NCBI RefSeq assembly: GCF_004010195.1
Contig: NC_057718.1
Location: 12,801,949-12,834,174 of the forward strand
Origin: Chiloscyllium plagiosum
Lineage: Eukaryota
Reading direction: 5' to 3'
DNA: 32,226 bases
The translations under genes were made by a program, and so were the position numbers. Of the stretch, positions 22,095 to 32,226 are shown piece after piece. Positions within the stretch are counted from its first letter, which is position 1. Each line of letters starts with the position of its first letter. The notes below the pieces were generated by a model. That model was not told where the DNA came from and searched no databases. It saw nothing but the letters and a program-made list of their open reading frames with translations.

Positions 22095-24700
22095 GCCCAC
22101 CTTAGAGATTATGCTCTTGCTCTTTCGAGATGAAAATGAACATGTTCATCACCTGGGGAAAATGGCAGAATTCTGGCAGGTCTGTAGGTGACTGAGGTGG
22201 AACTGCAGTCAGAATGTTCTGCTGCAAATACGACAGGATACCACACTCCACAGAGCTTTGGATGAGCTGCTGACTCAGAATTTCCTCTCCTTGTGTTTTT
22301 CTCTGTCTCTGATGTGGGTTTGCATTCGAAGGCGGCTGCACCATTTTTATTTGCCTATGTCCGGTACAACAATCCAGATGGAGCTTCTCCCAGGAATAGA
22401 GGTCTTTATCAGAACTCATTTGTGCCTCCTTTGACTGTCATGAGGGTTTGCCCAAAACTCAATGTCTCTGTAGAAGAATCACTTTACTTTGTGAGTGTCA
22501 GGCACTTCAGCTACATGATCCAGCTCAGTGTGGCTGTCTCCTTTCCGTGTGGATGCTTGGCATGCCAGCCCAGCAGAGCACCTCATGCTCTGATATTTTG
22601 TTCTGCCATCTAACCTTCAGAAGCTTCTGAAGACAACTCAGATGGAAGTGGTTGAGGGTCTTGGTAAGATCATGGTACCGAGTCCAATTCATGGAACAGA
22701 GTGGGTAGGACGTCTGTTCTATAGATTTTCAGTTTGATATGCCGACTTACTCCTCTTCATTCCCAGACTGATGCTCAAAATCTGCAGAAGGCTGCACTTG
22801 TTTTGGCAATTCTTTCATGTGTCTCATCATCAGTGTGGAGTCTTGAGACAGTGTACTGCTGAAATAAGTGAACGTTTCGACCTGTGACAAGTTCTGTTTG
22901 TGAACTGAAAGAGGCATAAGATAGAGCTTTCCTGGAGCAGACTGATGCACTACTCCAGTTTTCTTTATGTGTACCGTAAGGCCAAAGATTTTTGTTCAAC
23001 TAGTGCACAGTCATCAGCAAACAGAATTCCTGAAGTAGTCCTTTGAGAAGCTGGGTTTTGCCTGGAGTTGTTTCAGATTGGACAGCTTCCTGTTCATGTT
23101 ATATCTGATCTTGATGTCAGGATCGCCACAGTGGAAGGCATCAGAGAGCATGGAGCAGAAAAACGTGTTGAAGAGGGTTGGTGTTTGCACACAGCCCTGT
23201 TTAACTCCACTCGTGACTTGGAATGGGTCAGAAGACTCCCCATCATCTGGAACATGCACAAGCAGGCTGTCATTGGAATTGTCAATGTATTGTCCTAAAT
23301 TTCGCAGACGAGACAAATTCACCATTACTTACCACTGACTGTGTCAAAAGCCTTGGTCAGGTCAGTAAACATAGTGTAGAGGTTCACTTTCTGTTCTTGA
23401 CATCTCTCCTGGAGCTGTCCAACTGCAAACACCGTATCAGTAGCTCCTTGAAATTTTCTGGAACCATACTGCCTCTAGCAGGAAGATAGTGCAATATTTC
23501 AACCACTAAGTGGTTGAGAAGGATTATAGAGTCATAGAGATGTGCAGCATGGAAACAACCCATCGGTCCACCCCCATCCACACCGATCAGATATCCCAAA
23601 CCAATCTAGTACCACCTGCCAGTACCCAGTCCATATCTCTCCAAACCCTTCCTATTCATATACCCATTCAGATGCCTTTTAAATGTTGCAATTGTACCAG
23701 CCTCCACCACTTCCTCTGGCAGATCATTCCATACATGTACCACCCTCTGCATGAAACAATTGCCCCTCAGGTCTCTTTTATATCTTTCCCCTCTCACCCT
23801 AAACCTATGACGTCTAGTTCTGGACTCCCCCATCCCAGGGAAATGACCTTTTCTATTTACCCAATTCATGCCCCTCATGATTTTATAAACCACTGTAAGG
23901 TCACCCATCAGCCTCTGATGCTCCAGGGAAAACAGCCCCAGCCTGTTCTGCCTCTCCAACCCTGGTAACATCCTTGTAAATCTTTTCTGAACCCTTTCTA
24001 GTTTCACAACATCTTTCCGATAGGAAGGAGACTAGAATTGCACACAATATTCCAACAGTGGCCTAAACAATGATCTGTACAGCCGCAACATGACTTCCCA
24101 ACTCCTGCACTCAGTACTCTGACCAATAAAAGAAAGCATACCAAACACCTTCTTCACTATCCTATCTACCTGCGACTTCACTTTCAAGGAGCTATGAACT
24201 TGCACTCCAAGGTCTCATTGTTCAGCAACACTCCCATGGACCTTACCATTAAGTGTATAAGTCCTACTAAGATTTGCTTTCCCAAAATGCAGCACCTCAC
24301 ATTTATCTGAATTAAACTCCATCTGCCATTGGCCCATCTGATCAAGATCCTGTTGTAATCTGAGGTAACCCTCTTCGCTGTCCATCACACCTCCAATTTT
24401 GGTGTCATCTGCAAACTTACGAACTGTACCTCTTAGGCTCGCATCCAAAGCATTTATGTAAATGACAAAAAGTAGAGAACACAGAATCTTGAAGATTTGC
24501 CAGTGTTGGAACAGAGTCAGATTCCTCAATGGTTGTCACATGTTTGGTGAGCTCTTTACCATTTGTAAATTCTGCTTTCAGGATGGTTCCTTACTGCCAC
24601 ATAAACTGAAAGACCTCACCAACAAACAGTAACACAACTCAGTATAAAGTCCAGCTGTTAAGTACCAGAGGTCACCTCATAACGTACATGAGTCCCTCAT
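22095..24700 (-). mobile_element. Degraded RTE-clade (BovB-like) LINE, interrupted by a CR1 at 23525-24482
   Basis: SSDPFQVTSGVKQGCVQTPTLFNTFF...IKIRY..NRKLSNLKQLQAK, VETFTYFSSTLS and RIAKTSAAFCR are RTE RT motifs; FTDLTKAFDTV-like sequence at ~23338-23370. Confidence 0.85.
23525..24482 (-). mobile_element. 5'-truncated CR1 LINE
   Basis: FADDTKIGG...WQMEFNSDKCEVLHFG and LERVQKRFTRMLPGL; the 3' tandem tail atagagtcatagag is at ~23526. Confidence 0.92.
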
Positions 24701-24729
24701 TAGAGGATGGATAAAGAACGAAAGAATGA

Positions 24730-25210
24730 GTTGAATTTAAGTAGAGCTTTCCACATCCATCAAACATCTTAAAGTGCTTTACAGCCAACTAAGTTTTTTT
24801 TTGAAGCAGTCACTGTTTAATTAAGGAAGCGAAGTAGCCAATTTACAAACATGCCTTCCCAAATAGCAGGAGAAAGTGAGGTCTGCAGATGCTGGAGATC
24901 AGAGCTGGAGATGTGTTGTTGAAAAGCGCAGCAGGTCAGGCAGCATCCATTTGCTATCCCAAATAGCAACATGGCAATGACCTTAGAATCTGTTAGTTTT
25001 TAATGTTGATTGAGTGATAAATATTGGCCTGACACTGGGGATAATTCTTCAAAATAGTACCATAGGATCTTTCACATTCAACAGCACAGGCAGATGGAGT
25101 CTCAGTTTAATTTCTCTTCTGAGACACAACATCTCCATGTGTACAGCACATTTTCAGGGCTGCAGTGGAGCGTCAAGTTAAGTTTTGCATTCAAGCCTGA
25201 GACTAAGGAA
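24730..25210 (-). mobile_element. Deu-domain tRNA SINE (SacSINE1-like) carrying a PLE insertion
   Basis: aaagtgctttacagccaa...gatgttgattgag.gataaatattggcc.gacactgggga-type body ...cttcaaaatagtaccataggatcttt, collinear with 15388-15788. Confidence 0.8.
24869..24956 (-). mobile_element. Heavily 5'-truncated Penelope-terminus insertion with no hammerhead core
   Basis: ggagaaagtgaggtctgcagatgctggagatcagag...gcaggtcaggcagcatcc is near-identical to 27320-27398. The perfect 12-bp TSD tcccaaatagca is at 24857-24868 and 24957-24968. Confidence 0.88.
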
Positions 25211-25654
25211 TTTTGTTTGAATACTTAATTTTTATGTGTTTCTGAATGCTGCACCAATTGAGGACATTTTTTAAAAAAGCTTTCCTGAGAAAACTACCAC
25301 ATTGTGCATCACAAATTCTTGGCTATATTAGCACTACATGTTCAGTTAATTCTTCATCCTTATGATTGAATAAAGTCGTGCAGTCAGCTCTTCCATCACT
25401 ATGCAAACTACGGAAACTTCCTCAAATGCAAGTTCCTTTTCGTTACTGAGAAATCAAAGTTCAGGGCTGCACCAAGTTTATAGAGATCAGGCGATGCAAG
25501 TACATAGGAAGAATGGCAAGTTGGCAGCGATCTGGGACTTTCACAGCATGTAAACAGAAACAGGAAGGGAGGACCAAGGGAAATGAAGTGTTCATCAATT
25601 TTCAGATCCCAGGAAAGACTGAATTCAAGTTTAAACCTAATGTAAAGCAGTAAC

Positions 25655-25860
25655 AGTCCAGGTCAAAAGGCAGCAAGTACTGGACAGTATCAGGGCTTGA
25701 GCTGATAGGTGGCAAATAACATTCATGCTACACAAGTATCAAGCAGTGATCATCTCCAACAAGAAAGATTCTAAACATTGAACCTTGACATTCAGTGGCA
25801 TTAATGTCACTGAATCCCCCACTATCAACATTCTGGGCATTACGACTGATTGGTCTATAT
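25655..25860 (+). mobile_element. Fragment of a CR1/L2-group LINE ORF2 (post-RT region)
   Basis: Reads approximately LDSIRA*ADRWQITFMLHKYQAVIISNK...ITESPTINILGIT, typical of the W..F...K and LG.T motifs after the RT core. Confidence 0.55.
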
Positions 25861-26129
25861 CACAGAATTAGTAATTAAAAATACCCATTTCTATGAAAAG
25901 TTTGATGGTGGGATCCAGATCTTAAATATCAAGCTAATTGTATTAGAGAATGTGTTGCATATGCTTTTAACAGACTCACTTCAAACCTGCCACATTCCCA
26001 TCATTTTGCTAAATAATGCAAAATCATACACGTTCTGTTCCTTAGGTTTTGCAAATATTTCACTGTGTTGATCTGGCACTGATGAGTTTCACAGAGCTTT
26101 TGAAAATATTCGAAGAATTATTCAGATTA

Positions 26130-26840
26130 TAATTCTACACAGAGGAAGGCCATTTGGCCCACTTGTGGCTGTACTGGCTCTGTGAAGAGCTATCTCAATA
26201 CCTTTTCTTTCCCCAAAGCCCTGGGCATGTTTTCACTTCAAATATTTATCCAATTCCCTTTGGAAAGTTACTGTTGAATCTGCTTCCACCACCCTCGTGG
26301 CCAATGCACTCCTGATCATAACAGTTGACTGTGTTTCCTGCTGTAGTCTTTGAATTGTTTTGACAATCACCTGATATCTGTATCTTCTGGTTACTGATAG
26401 CTTCTTATATTTCTCTTAACTTTCTTTTCTCTAAGAAGAACAATCCCAGCTTCTCAAGTCTCCTCACAAAGCAGTAGTTGCTCATCAATGTTGCCATTCT
26501 GGTAAAACTAGATTCCTTATGAATTCCTTTAAACCAGGGTTAAGTTTTAGAAATTAAGGGAAGTTCCTATGGAACATGTGTAATTACAGTCAAATTATTG
26601 ACCTTGTTAACAAATTGGTTGAGTGACATGAGAATGAGTAGGGATAATGATTAGAAAATTTCCACTGGTGACCTGCAATGATCTCCATTTGACTCTCTAC
26701 TATTTACAATTTATTAACAACCCAGATGATAGGATGGAAAGCCACATGTCAGTGTTTGCCAATAACATAACAATAGGCAGGATTGCAAATAGTGTAAATG
26801 GAGACATAGCATTACATTAAAATTACTAAATTAAGCATAA
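26130..26840. mobile_element. Old CR1 remnants in opposite orientations (~26130-26520 minus-strand 3' end; ~26520-26840 plus-strand RT fragment)
   Basis: cacagaggaaggccatttggccc...tgaatctgcttccaccaccct (3' end), and gtgtttgccaataacataacaataggc (~FADDTKIG) with aattggttgagtgaca (~NWLSD). Confidence 0.6.
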
Positions 26841-27319
26841 GTACCATCAACTGCGGCAGGTGAAGGGAAAAGGAGGGAGCAAGGCAGCCTCCTCACATCC
26901 ATAGGCTGTCCCTCGATCAGGACCTCCAATGCTGCTTCCAAGAACACTGTGTATCCCGTGCCAGTCTGTGGCAGAGTGGTAATTCAAGCACTCCATGCCC
27001 TTCTGTGGATGCATGGAGCTCATAAAATAAGTGGATGCATGGAGCTCCTTGATAAAAATCCCATCAACTCTGTACTTAAGGGCTAAACCTCCTGCAGGTA
27101 AATTCACATTATGGTAATTGGCAATTATAACCAAGCACGCCTGTATTTTAGCACAGCACCTACTTGGCATCCAGTTTTAGCATCTACACACAGACATTTC
27201 CTTAACTGCACAGGGTTTTCCTTTATTTTCTGTGCTTTGGTCTGCAAATATGTAAAGCTGATTTGATTCTGTACTTTATTTCTAGAGATTTTAGCCATCC
27301 TTGTGATGGATTTTCACAG

Positions 27320-27442
27320 GAGAAAGTGAGGTCTGCAGATGCTGGAGATCAGAGATGGAAATGTGTTGCTGGAAAAGCGCAGCAGGTCAGGCAGCATCTA
27401 GGGAACAGGAGAATCGACGTTTCGGGCATTAGCCCTTCTTCA
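27320..27442 (-). mobile_element. Young Penelope-terminus insertion with an intact minimal hammerhead
   Basis: The perfect 12-bp TSD ggattttcacag is at 27308-27319 and 27443-27454. The body matches the other copies and its CpGs are retained. Confidence 0.9.
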
Positions 27443-27447
27443 GGATT
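27412..27447 (-). ncRNA. Minimal type I hammerhead ribozyme motif: AAUC-CUGAAGA-A-GGGC-UAAU-GCCC-GAAA-C-GUC-GAUU
   Basis: All conserved core nucleotides are present, with a 4-bp stem I (AAUC/GAUU), 4-bp stem II, palindromic ACGU at stem III and a GUC triplet. Confidence 0.7.
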
Positions 27448-27914
27448 TTCACAGACAGTTTTTAATTCAACAATGATCACATTACTTGCCTTCATGACTT
27501 CAGGATTTATTTCACATTTTTAGCTCTTTTATTGTCCTTTTTAGATCATTCCTTGGAGGGGTGGAGGTTTTCTACTAAGGTAAACTGGAAATGTGATTCC
27601 CAAGAAAACTGGTATCATCTATTTGCTTTCCAAAATAATTACAGTAAAACGTTTGTCTAAGAAGCATTCATCTTTTCCTTATTAATGTGCAGTTTAGATT
27701 TTTTTCCTCTTTATTTCTAAGTAGTCATCTTTTTATCTGAATTTTGAAAAGCCATTATAACCCCCCAGCAAAAGAATCTGAAAATCTCTTGCAACGTCAG
27801 TCAGTAGCATTTGAGCTGCTGTAAGTCAAATTGTAAAATGCCCCCTGTACAAAATTAGCTGTGATATGCTTTGGGGATGTCCATAGGTTTTGAGAATCAA
27901 TATATAACTGTAAT

Positions 27915-28048
27915 TGAAGAAGGGAGTCTGGACGAGAAACATTTACTCTGTTTTCTGTCCACGGATGCTGCCAGACCCTGCTGAGTTTCTCTAGTAATTT
28001 CTGTTTTTGTTTCAGATCTCTAGCATCTGCATTTCTTGGTTTAATTTT
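27915..28048 (+). mobile_element. Older Penelope-terminus subfamily copy with a decayed hammerhead core
   Basis: tgaagaaggg...gaaacatttactctgttttctgtccacggatgctgccagaccctgctgagtttct...ctagcatctgca; possible degenerate TSD tatataactg / tatgtagctg. Confidence 0.7.
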
Positions 28049-28057
28049 TATGTAGCT

Positions 28058-28141
28058 GAGAGAGCTCTTGAGGTGCAGTGCTACTGTCCCTACCTCAGGA
28101 CTAGGAGGCCTAGGTTCAACTCCTGAGGTGTGTAATAGCAT
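28058..28141 (+). mobile_element. tRNA-like SINE head truncated by the L1 insertion
   Basis: B-box ggttcaactcc at ~28113-28123; the sequence switches abruptly to the AT-rich L1 3' end at ~28141. Confidence 0.5.
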
Positions 28142-31100
28142 TTTTAAAATAATATATTTTTATTAAGAAAAAATAGATTTTTAAATATTACAACAAATAC
28201 AAATAGTAATAACTCAGCCCAGCCAAACAAAACACTCATATATTCACAGTTCCTTCTCCCTGGATATTAGACTCATAAAACACAATTGTTACGGCAATAT
28301 AAAACGGCAATATAAAAGCCCTTGTTTGTGTGGCAGATAAATCTGTGTCCAGGTATTTCAAAAAGGGTTGCCATGTCTTGTAAAAATTCTCAGTTTTGTG
28401 GTGTACCATATTTGTGAGAAAATCCAGGGGTATATGCTCCATAACAATCTTCCGCCAACCCGACAGGCCTGGGGGGTTTTCTGATATCCAATCTAGCAAA
28501 ATATTCTTCCTTACACAGAACTTAAGAATATTGAAAAGTTTTTTCTTATGTGCGTCTGCAGGAAATACAATGGGTAGGCCCAAAAGGAGAGAAATATGGT
28601 CCTTCTCCACCCCTACACCTAAAGTCCTCTCCATTGCACCTGCCACAGCGCTCTAATATGTTCGAAGCCTGTCACAAGACCAAAGACACTGGGTAGGAGT
28701 GCCCGTGCAGATCTTGCACTTGGGACATGCTGAAGATACCCCTGGTTTAAATTTTGACAAACGGTCTGGGGCTAAGTGGACCCTGTGGAGAATCTTCAAC
28801 TGTAAAGCATGGGTCCTATTGCAAATTGATATCTTCCTTGCATTCTCCCAAATATCCTCCCATGCCTCTGAAGAAACTTCAACACCTAGCTCTCTTTCCC
28901 ACATCTTGCAGAGTCGATCAGACTCATCTGAGGTGGCATCCCCCATTTGGTGATATAAAGTACTGACAGAGAGTGTACTCTTAGCCCTTAGTACCCCTCT
29001 TTCTTTGTCAGATTTGTCGGGATCAGTCAAAAGTGTGGTCTTTTTTTGAATAAAATCCCTAACTTGAAAAATACGAAAGAGGTCTCTATTAGGTAACTCA
29101 GGTAACTCGTACTTCCGTACTAACTGATCGAAGGACATCATTACGTCTCCCTCAAATAAATCACCCATGCAAGATAAACCCCTAGCTGCCCAACGTTTAA
29201 ATCCTGAATCTATCATACCCGGTTGAAAACTCGGCATACCCACTAAAGGCGTAAACAAAGATATTTTGCCAATATTACCTTCCCTCTTCCGAATTGCCCT
29301 CCATGCTTTAACAGTATTGATGACTATTGGGTTATGGCAATATTCCCTAACTGTCCTCACCTTGTCCAAAAACAGCAAACTGGTAAGGGGGCACCTTGCC
29401 TGGGAGGCTTCAATATCTAGCCCTATTGAAAGAGGGTCCCCACAAGCCCAATCTCTTACGTAGGTCAAAAGCGACCTTAATTGGTAATTTTTAATGTCCA
29501 GAAGGTTGATTCCCCCCAATCTGTGAGGCAACTGCAATTTGGCTGATTTACTGAGGGTCCGTTTACGGTGCCAGATAAAGGAGCTGAACCAACCATTCAG
29601 TCTCCTGAGTGTTTGTTTATTGAAAATCAGGGGGAGCATCCATATAGGGTATAGCAAATGAGGGAGAATATTCATCTTAATAAGCACTATCCGACCCAAC
29701 CTTGAAGTGCCTCCCATCTTTGGAGATCTTGTTTAATTTTTTCAAATAATTGAGTAAAATTGGCTTTGAACAGCCAATCAGAACTGGAGTAATGAATATG
29801 CCCAAATACACAAAATCCCCCTGTAACCACCTAAATGGGAATCTATAGTCACTCTCAAGAGCCAACTCTTTCGTAAAACCACCCATTGGCATAGCCTCTG
29901 ATTTAGCAAAATTAATCTTATACCCTGAAAAAGCGCCAAACGCGTGAATGCATTGTATCAGGCAAGGCACTGAAACTGCTGGATTTGTCAAGAAAATTAG
30001 AACATCGTCTGCATACAGCGAGATCTTATGTAATTTTGACCCCACTTCTGGAACTGATATATTGGGGTCCCCACGAATGGCCTCTGCCAACGGTTCAATC
30101 ACCAACGTAAAAAGTAATGGTGAAAGGGGACAGCCCTGCCGGCTGCCCCTAGAAATATTAAAATTGCTTGATCGTACCCCATTGGTAATGACAGCCGCGA
30201 GAGGTACACTGTAGAGTACCTTTACCCATCTTATGAAAACTTCACCCAGACCAAACCGCTCCAAAGTATAGAAAAGGTACGGCCGCTCAACTTGGTCAAA
30301 TGCATTCTCTGCATCTAAATAAATCACCAATCCCTGTATTGACTGCTGTTGACATGCTTGAATTACGTCAAGCAGCCTCCTAACCTTATTGGAGGATCTG
30401 CGACCCTTTATAAAGCCCATCTGATCCTCTTTAATAATAGAGGGTAACACAGTCTCCAGCCTTAACGCGAGAGCCTTAGAGAGGATCTTAAAGTCCACAT
30501 TTAAGAGCGAGATGGGCCTGTATGAAGCACAGNNNNNNNNNNNNNNNNNNNNNNNNNNNNNNNNNNNNNNNNNNNNNNNNNNNNNNNNNNNNNNNNNNNN
30601 NNNNNNNNNNNNNNNNNNNNNNNNNNNNNNNNNNNNNNNNNNNNNNNNNNNNNNNNNNNNNNNNNNNNNNNNNNNNNNNNNNNNNNNNNNNNNNNNNNNN
30701 NNNNNNNNNNNNNNNNNNNNNNNNNNNNNNNNNNNNNNNNNNNNNNNNNNNNNNNNNNNNNNNNNNNNNNNNNNNNNNNNNNNNNNNNNNNNNNNNNNNN
30801 NNNNNNNNNNNNNNNNNNNNNNNNNNNNNNNNNNNNNNNNNNNNNNNNNNNNNNNNNNNNNNNNNNNNNNNNNNNNNNNNNNNNNNNNNNNNNNNNNNNN
30901 NNNNNNNNNNNNNNNNNNNNNNNNNNNNNNNNNNNNGTATAACCTTTGCTTTGCAAAAGCCAGCTCCTTCTTTGCTGTCTGTGTGAGCACGGAACTTAGT
31001 GCAGCCCGCAGTGCCGTAATCCTCTGTAGTTTGACCAGTGAGGGTCTGTCATAATAGGCCTTCTCGGCTGCCTTCAACCATGCTTCAAGGAGACGTTGCT

Positions 31101-32226
31101 GCTCACCCTTCTGCCACTTCCTACTGGTGGAATATGAAATAACTAACCCTCTGGCATAAGCTTTGTCAGTTTCCCAGAGAACAGATGAGCTATCAACCGA
31201 GTCTATGTTGATGTCTAGGAATGCCTGAAATTCTCCAGAGAAATACTCCACAAACTTACTGTCCATGAGAATAAAGGGGTCCATTTGCCAGTACCTTGAA
31301 TCCACTGTCACATCCTTAATCTTAACCATGAGGTACACTGGAACATGATCAGAGATGACAATATTACCAATCGTACAGGATGCCACCAGATCCAAGGTTA
31401 GAAAAAAAATCAATCCTCGTGTGACATCTGTGCAGATTGGAGAGAAACGTGAAATCCCTACTTGTAGGGTGGAGACGCCTCCAGATGTCCACCAACCCTA
31501 ATTCCCCACACAAACCCAGTAACTGTTTAGTTTGTGTAGAGGGTATCAAGGGACCTTTAGGCAACCTGTCTACTGTGGGGTCCATGAGGCAGTTAAAATC
31601 TCCCCATATAATCATGTGCCGAGACTTGAGACTTATCAGTTTAGAAAAAGCATCTACCAAGAATTTAAGAGGATGAGCTGGCGGACAATAAACATTTAAA
31701 ATACCATATTCTTCCCCATTTATCAAGGCTTTAAGAATTACAAACCTCCCGTATGTGTCTTTAACACATTCCAACAATTTAAATGAGAGATTTTTCCTAA
31801 CCAATACAGCCACTCCCCTACTTCTGGTATTAAATGATGAAAAATAAACTCGGTAAAATCCATTCTGCTGTAATTTCAGATGCTCCTTGTCATCCAAATG
31901 TGCCTCCTGTAACAAAGCAATATCCATCTTCTCCTTTCTAAGACTCAAGAGTACCTTCTTCGTCTTAATTGGTGAGTGAAATCCCTTGATATTCCAGGTA
32001 CACCATTTAATCAAATCATTAGCCATAATCTTTTGCAACTACATTTAAATTCCAGAGAGGAGGAACCCAAACCACAAATTGCTGAGCCTTAGTGTCGCAT
32101 GGTCCACCAAATATAAAATCTACATAAACTAAAACCACTACACTTAACAAACATACAAAATTATTAAAAATAAAAAACAACAAAACCAGAAAACAAACCA
32201 ACATTATAAAGCGCCAATAGCACTGA
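28141..32226 (-). mobile_element. L1-clade LINE: disrupted, essentially full-span ORF2 (ATG at 32026 to ~28290), very short 3' UTR, and a T-rich spacer upstream continuing past the window
   Basis: APE motifs TWNIKG, IALLQEAHL, GDFN, DIWR, TRIDFF and ISDH; RT motifs YRPISLLNVDFKIL, GSRQGCPLSPLLF and SLYADD; C-terminal CPKC...CLWSC knuckle. There are frameshifts at ~31405 and ~29700-29780, a stop at 28653-28655, and an N gap at 30533-30936. Confidence 0.93.

Noticed and set aside
24582..24604. Possible FAM120B terminal exon (tctgctttcag|GA TGG TTC CTT ACT GCC ACA TAA)
   Set aside because: It lies within the antisense RTE remnant, has no similarity to FAM120B, and has no independent support.
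30533..30936. ORFs spanning the N run
   Set aside because: Assembly gap; the X-filled ORFs are artefacts.

Overview
Eukaryotic (vertebrate) genomic DNA. The repeat content (CR1-dominated, Deu-domain SINEs, Penelope termini) points to a cartilaginous fish, probably a shark; this is inference. The + strand carries four consecutive phase-compatible 3' coding exons of a FAM120B orthologue (114-206, 17892-18098, 21204-21306, 21598-21741). The first intron here is 17.7 kb, and I could not locate the terminal exon. The introns are packed with decayed and nested retroelements: many CR1 LINEs, one L2, one RTE, a ~4-kb L1-clade ORF2 and several tRNA-derived SINE families. The most notable signal is nine short Penelope-type (PLE) insertions. 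Several carry a minimal hammerhead-ribozyme core (CTGANGA-A-GGGC-N4-GCCC-GAAA-C-GTC), five sit in 12-14 bp target-site duplications, and three are fold-back (inverted) hairpins. One copy still encodes the end of the Penelope GIY-YIG domain, which links the family to PLEs. Other oddities are a 21-bp minisatellite grown from a SINE head, a 59-bp duplication spanning a PLE junction, and a possible in-frame cassette exon. Family names are assigned from remembered motifs, not database searches, and repeat boundaries are approximate unless a TSD is quoted.
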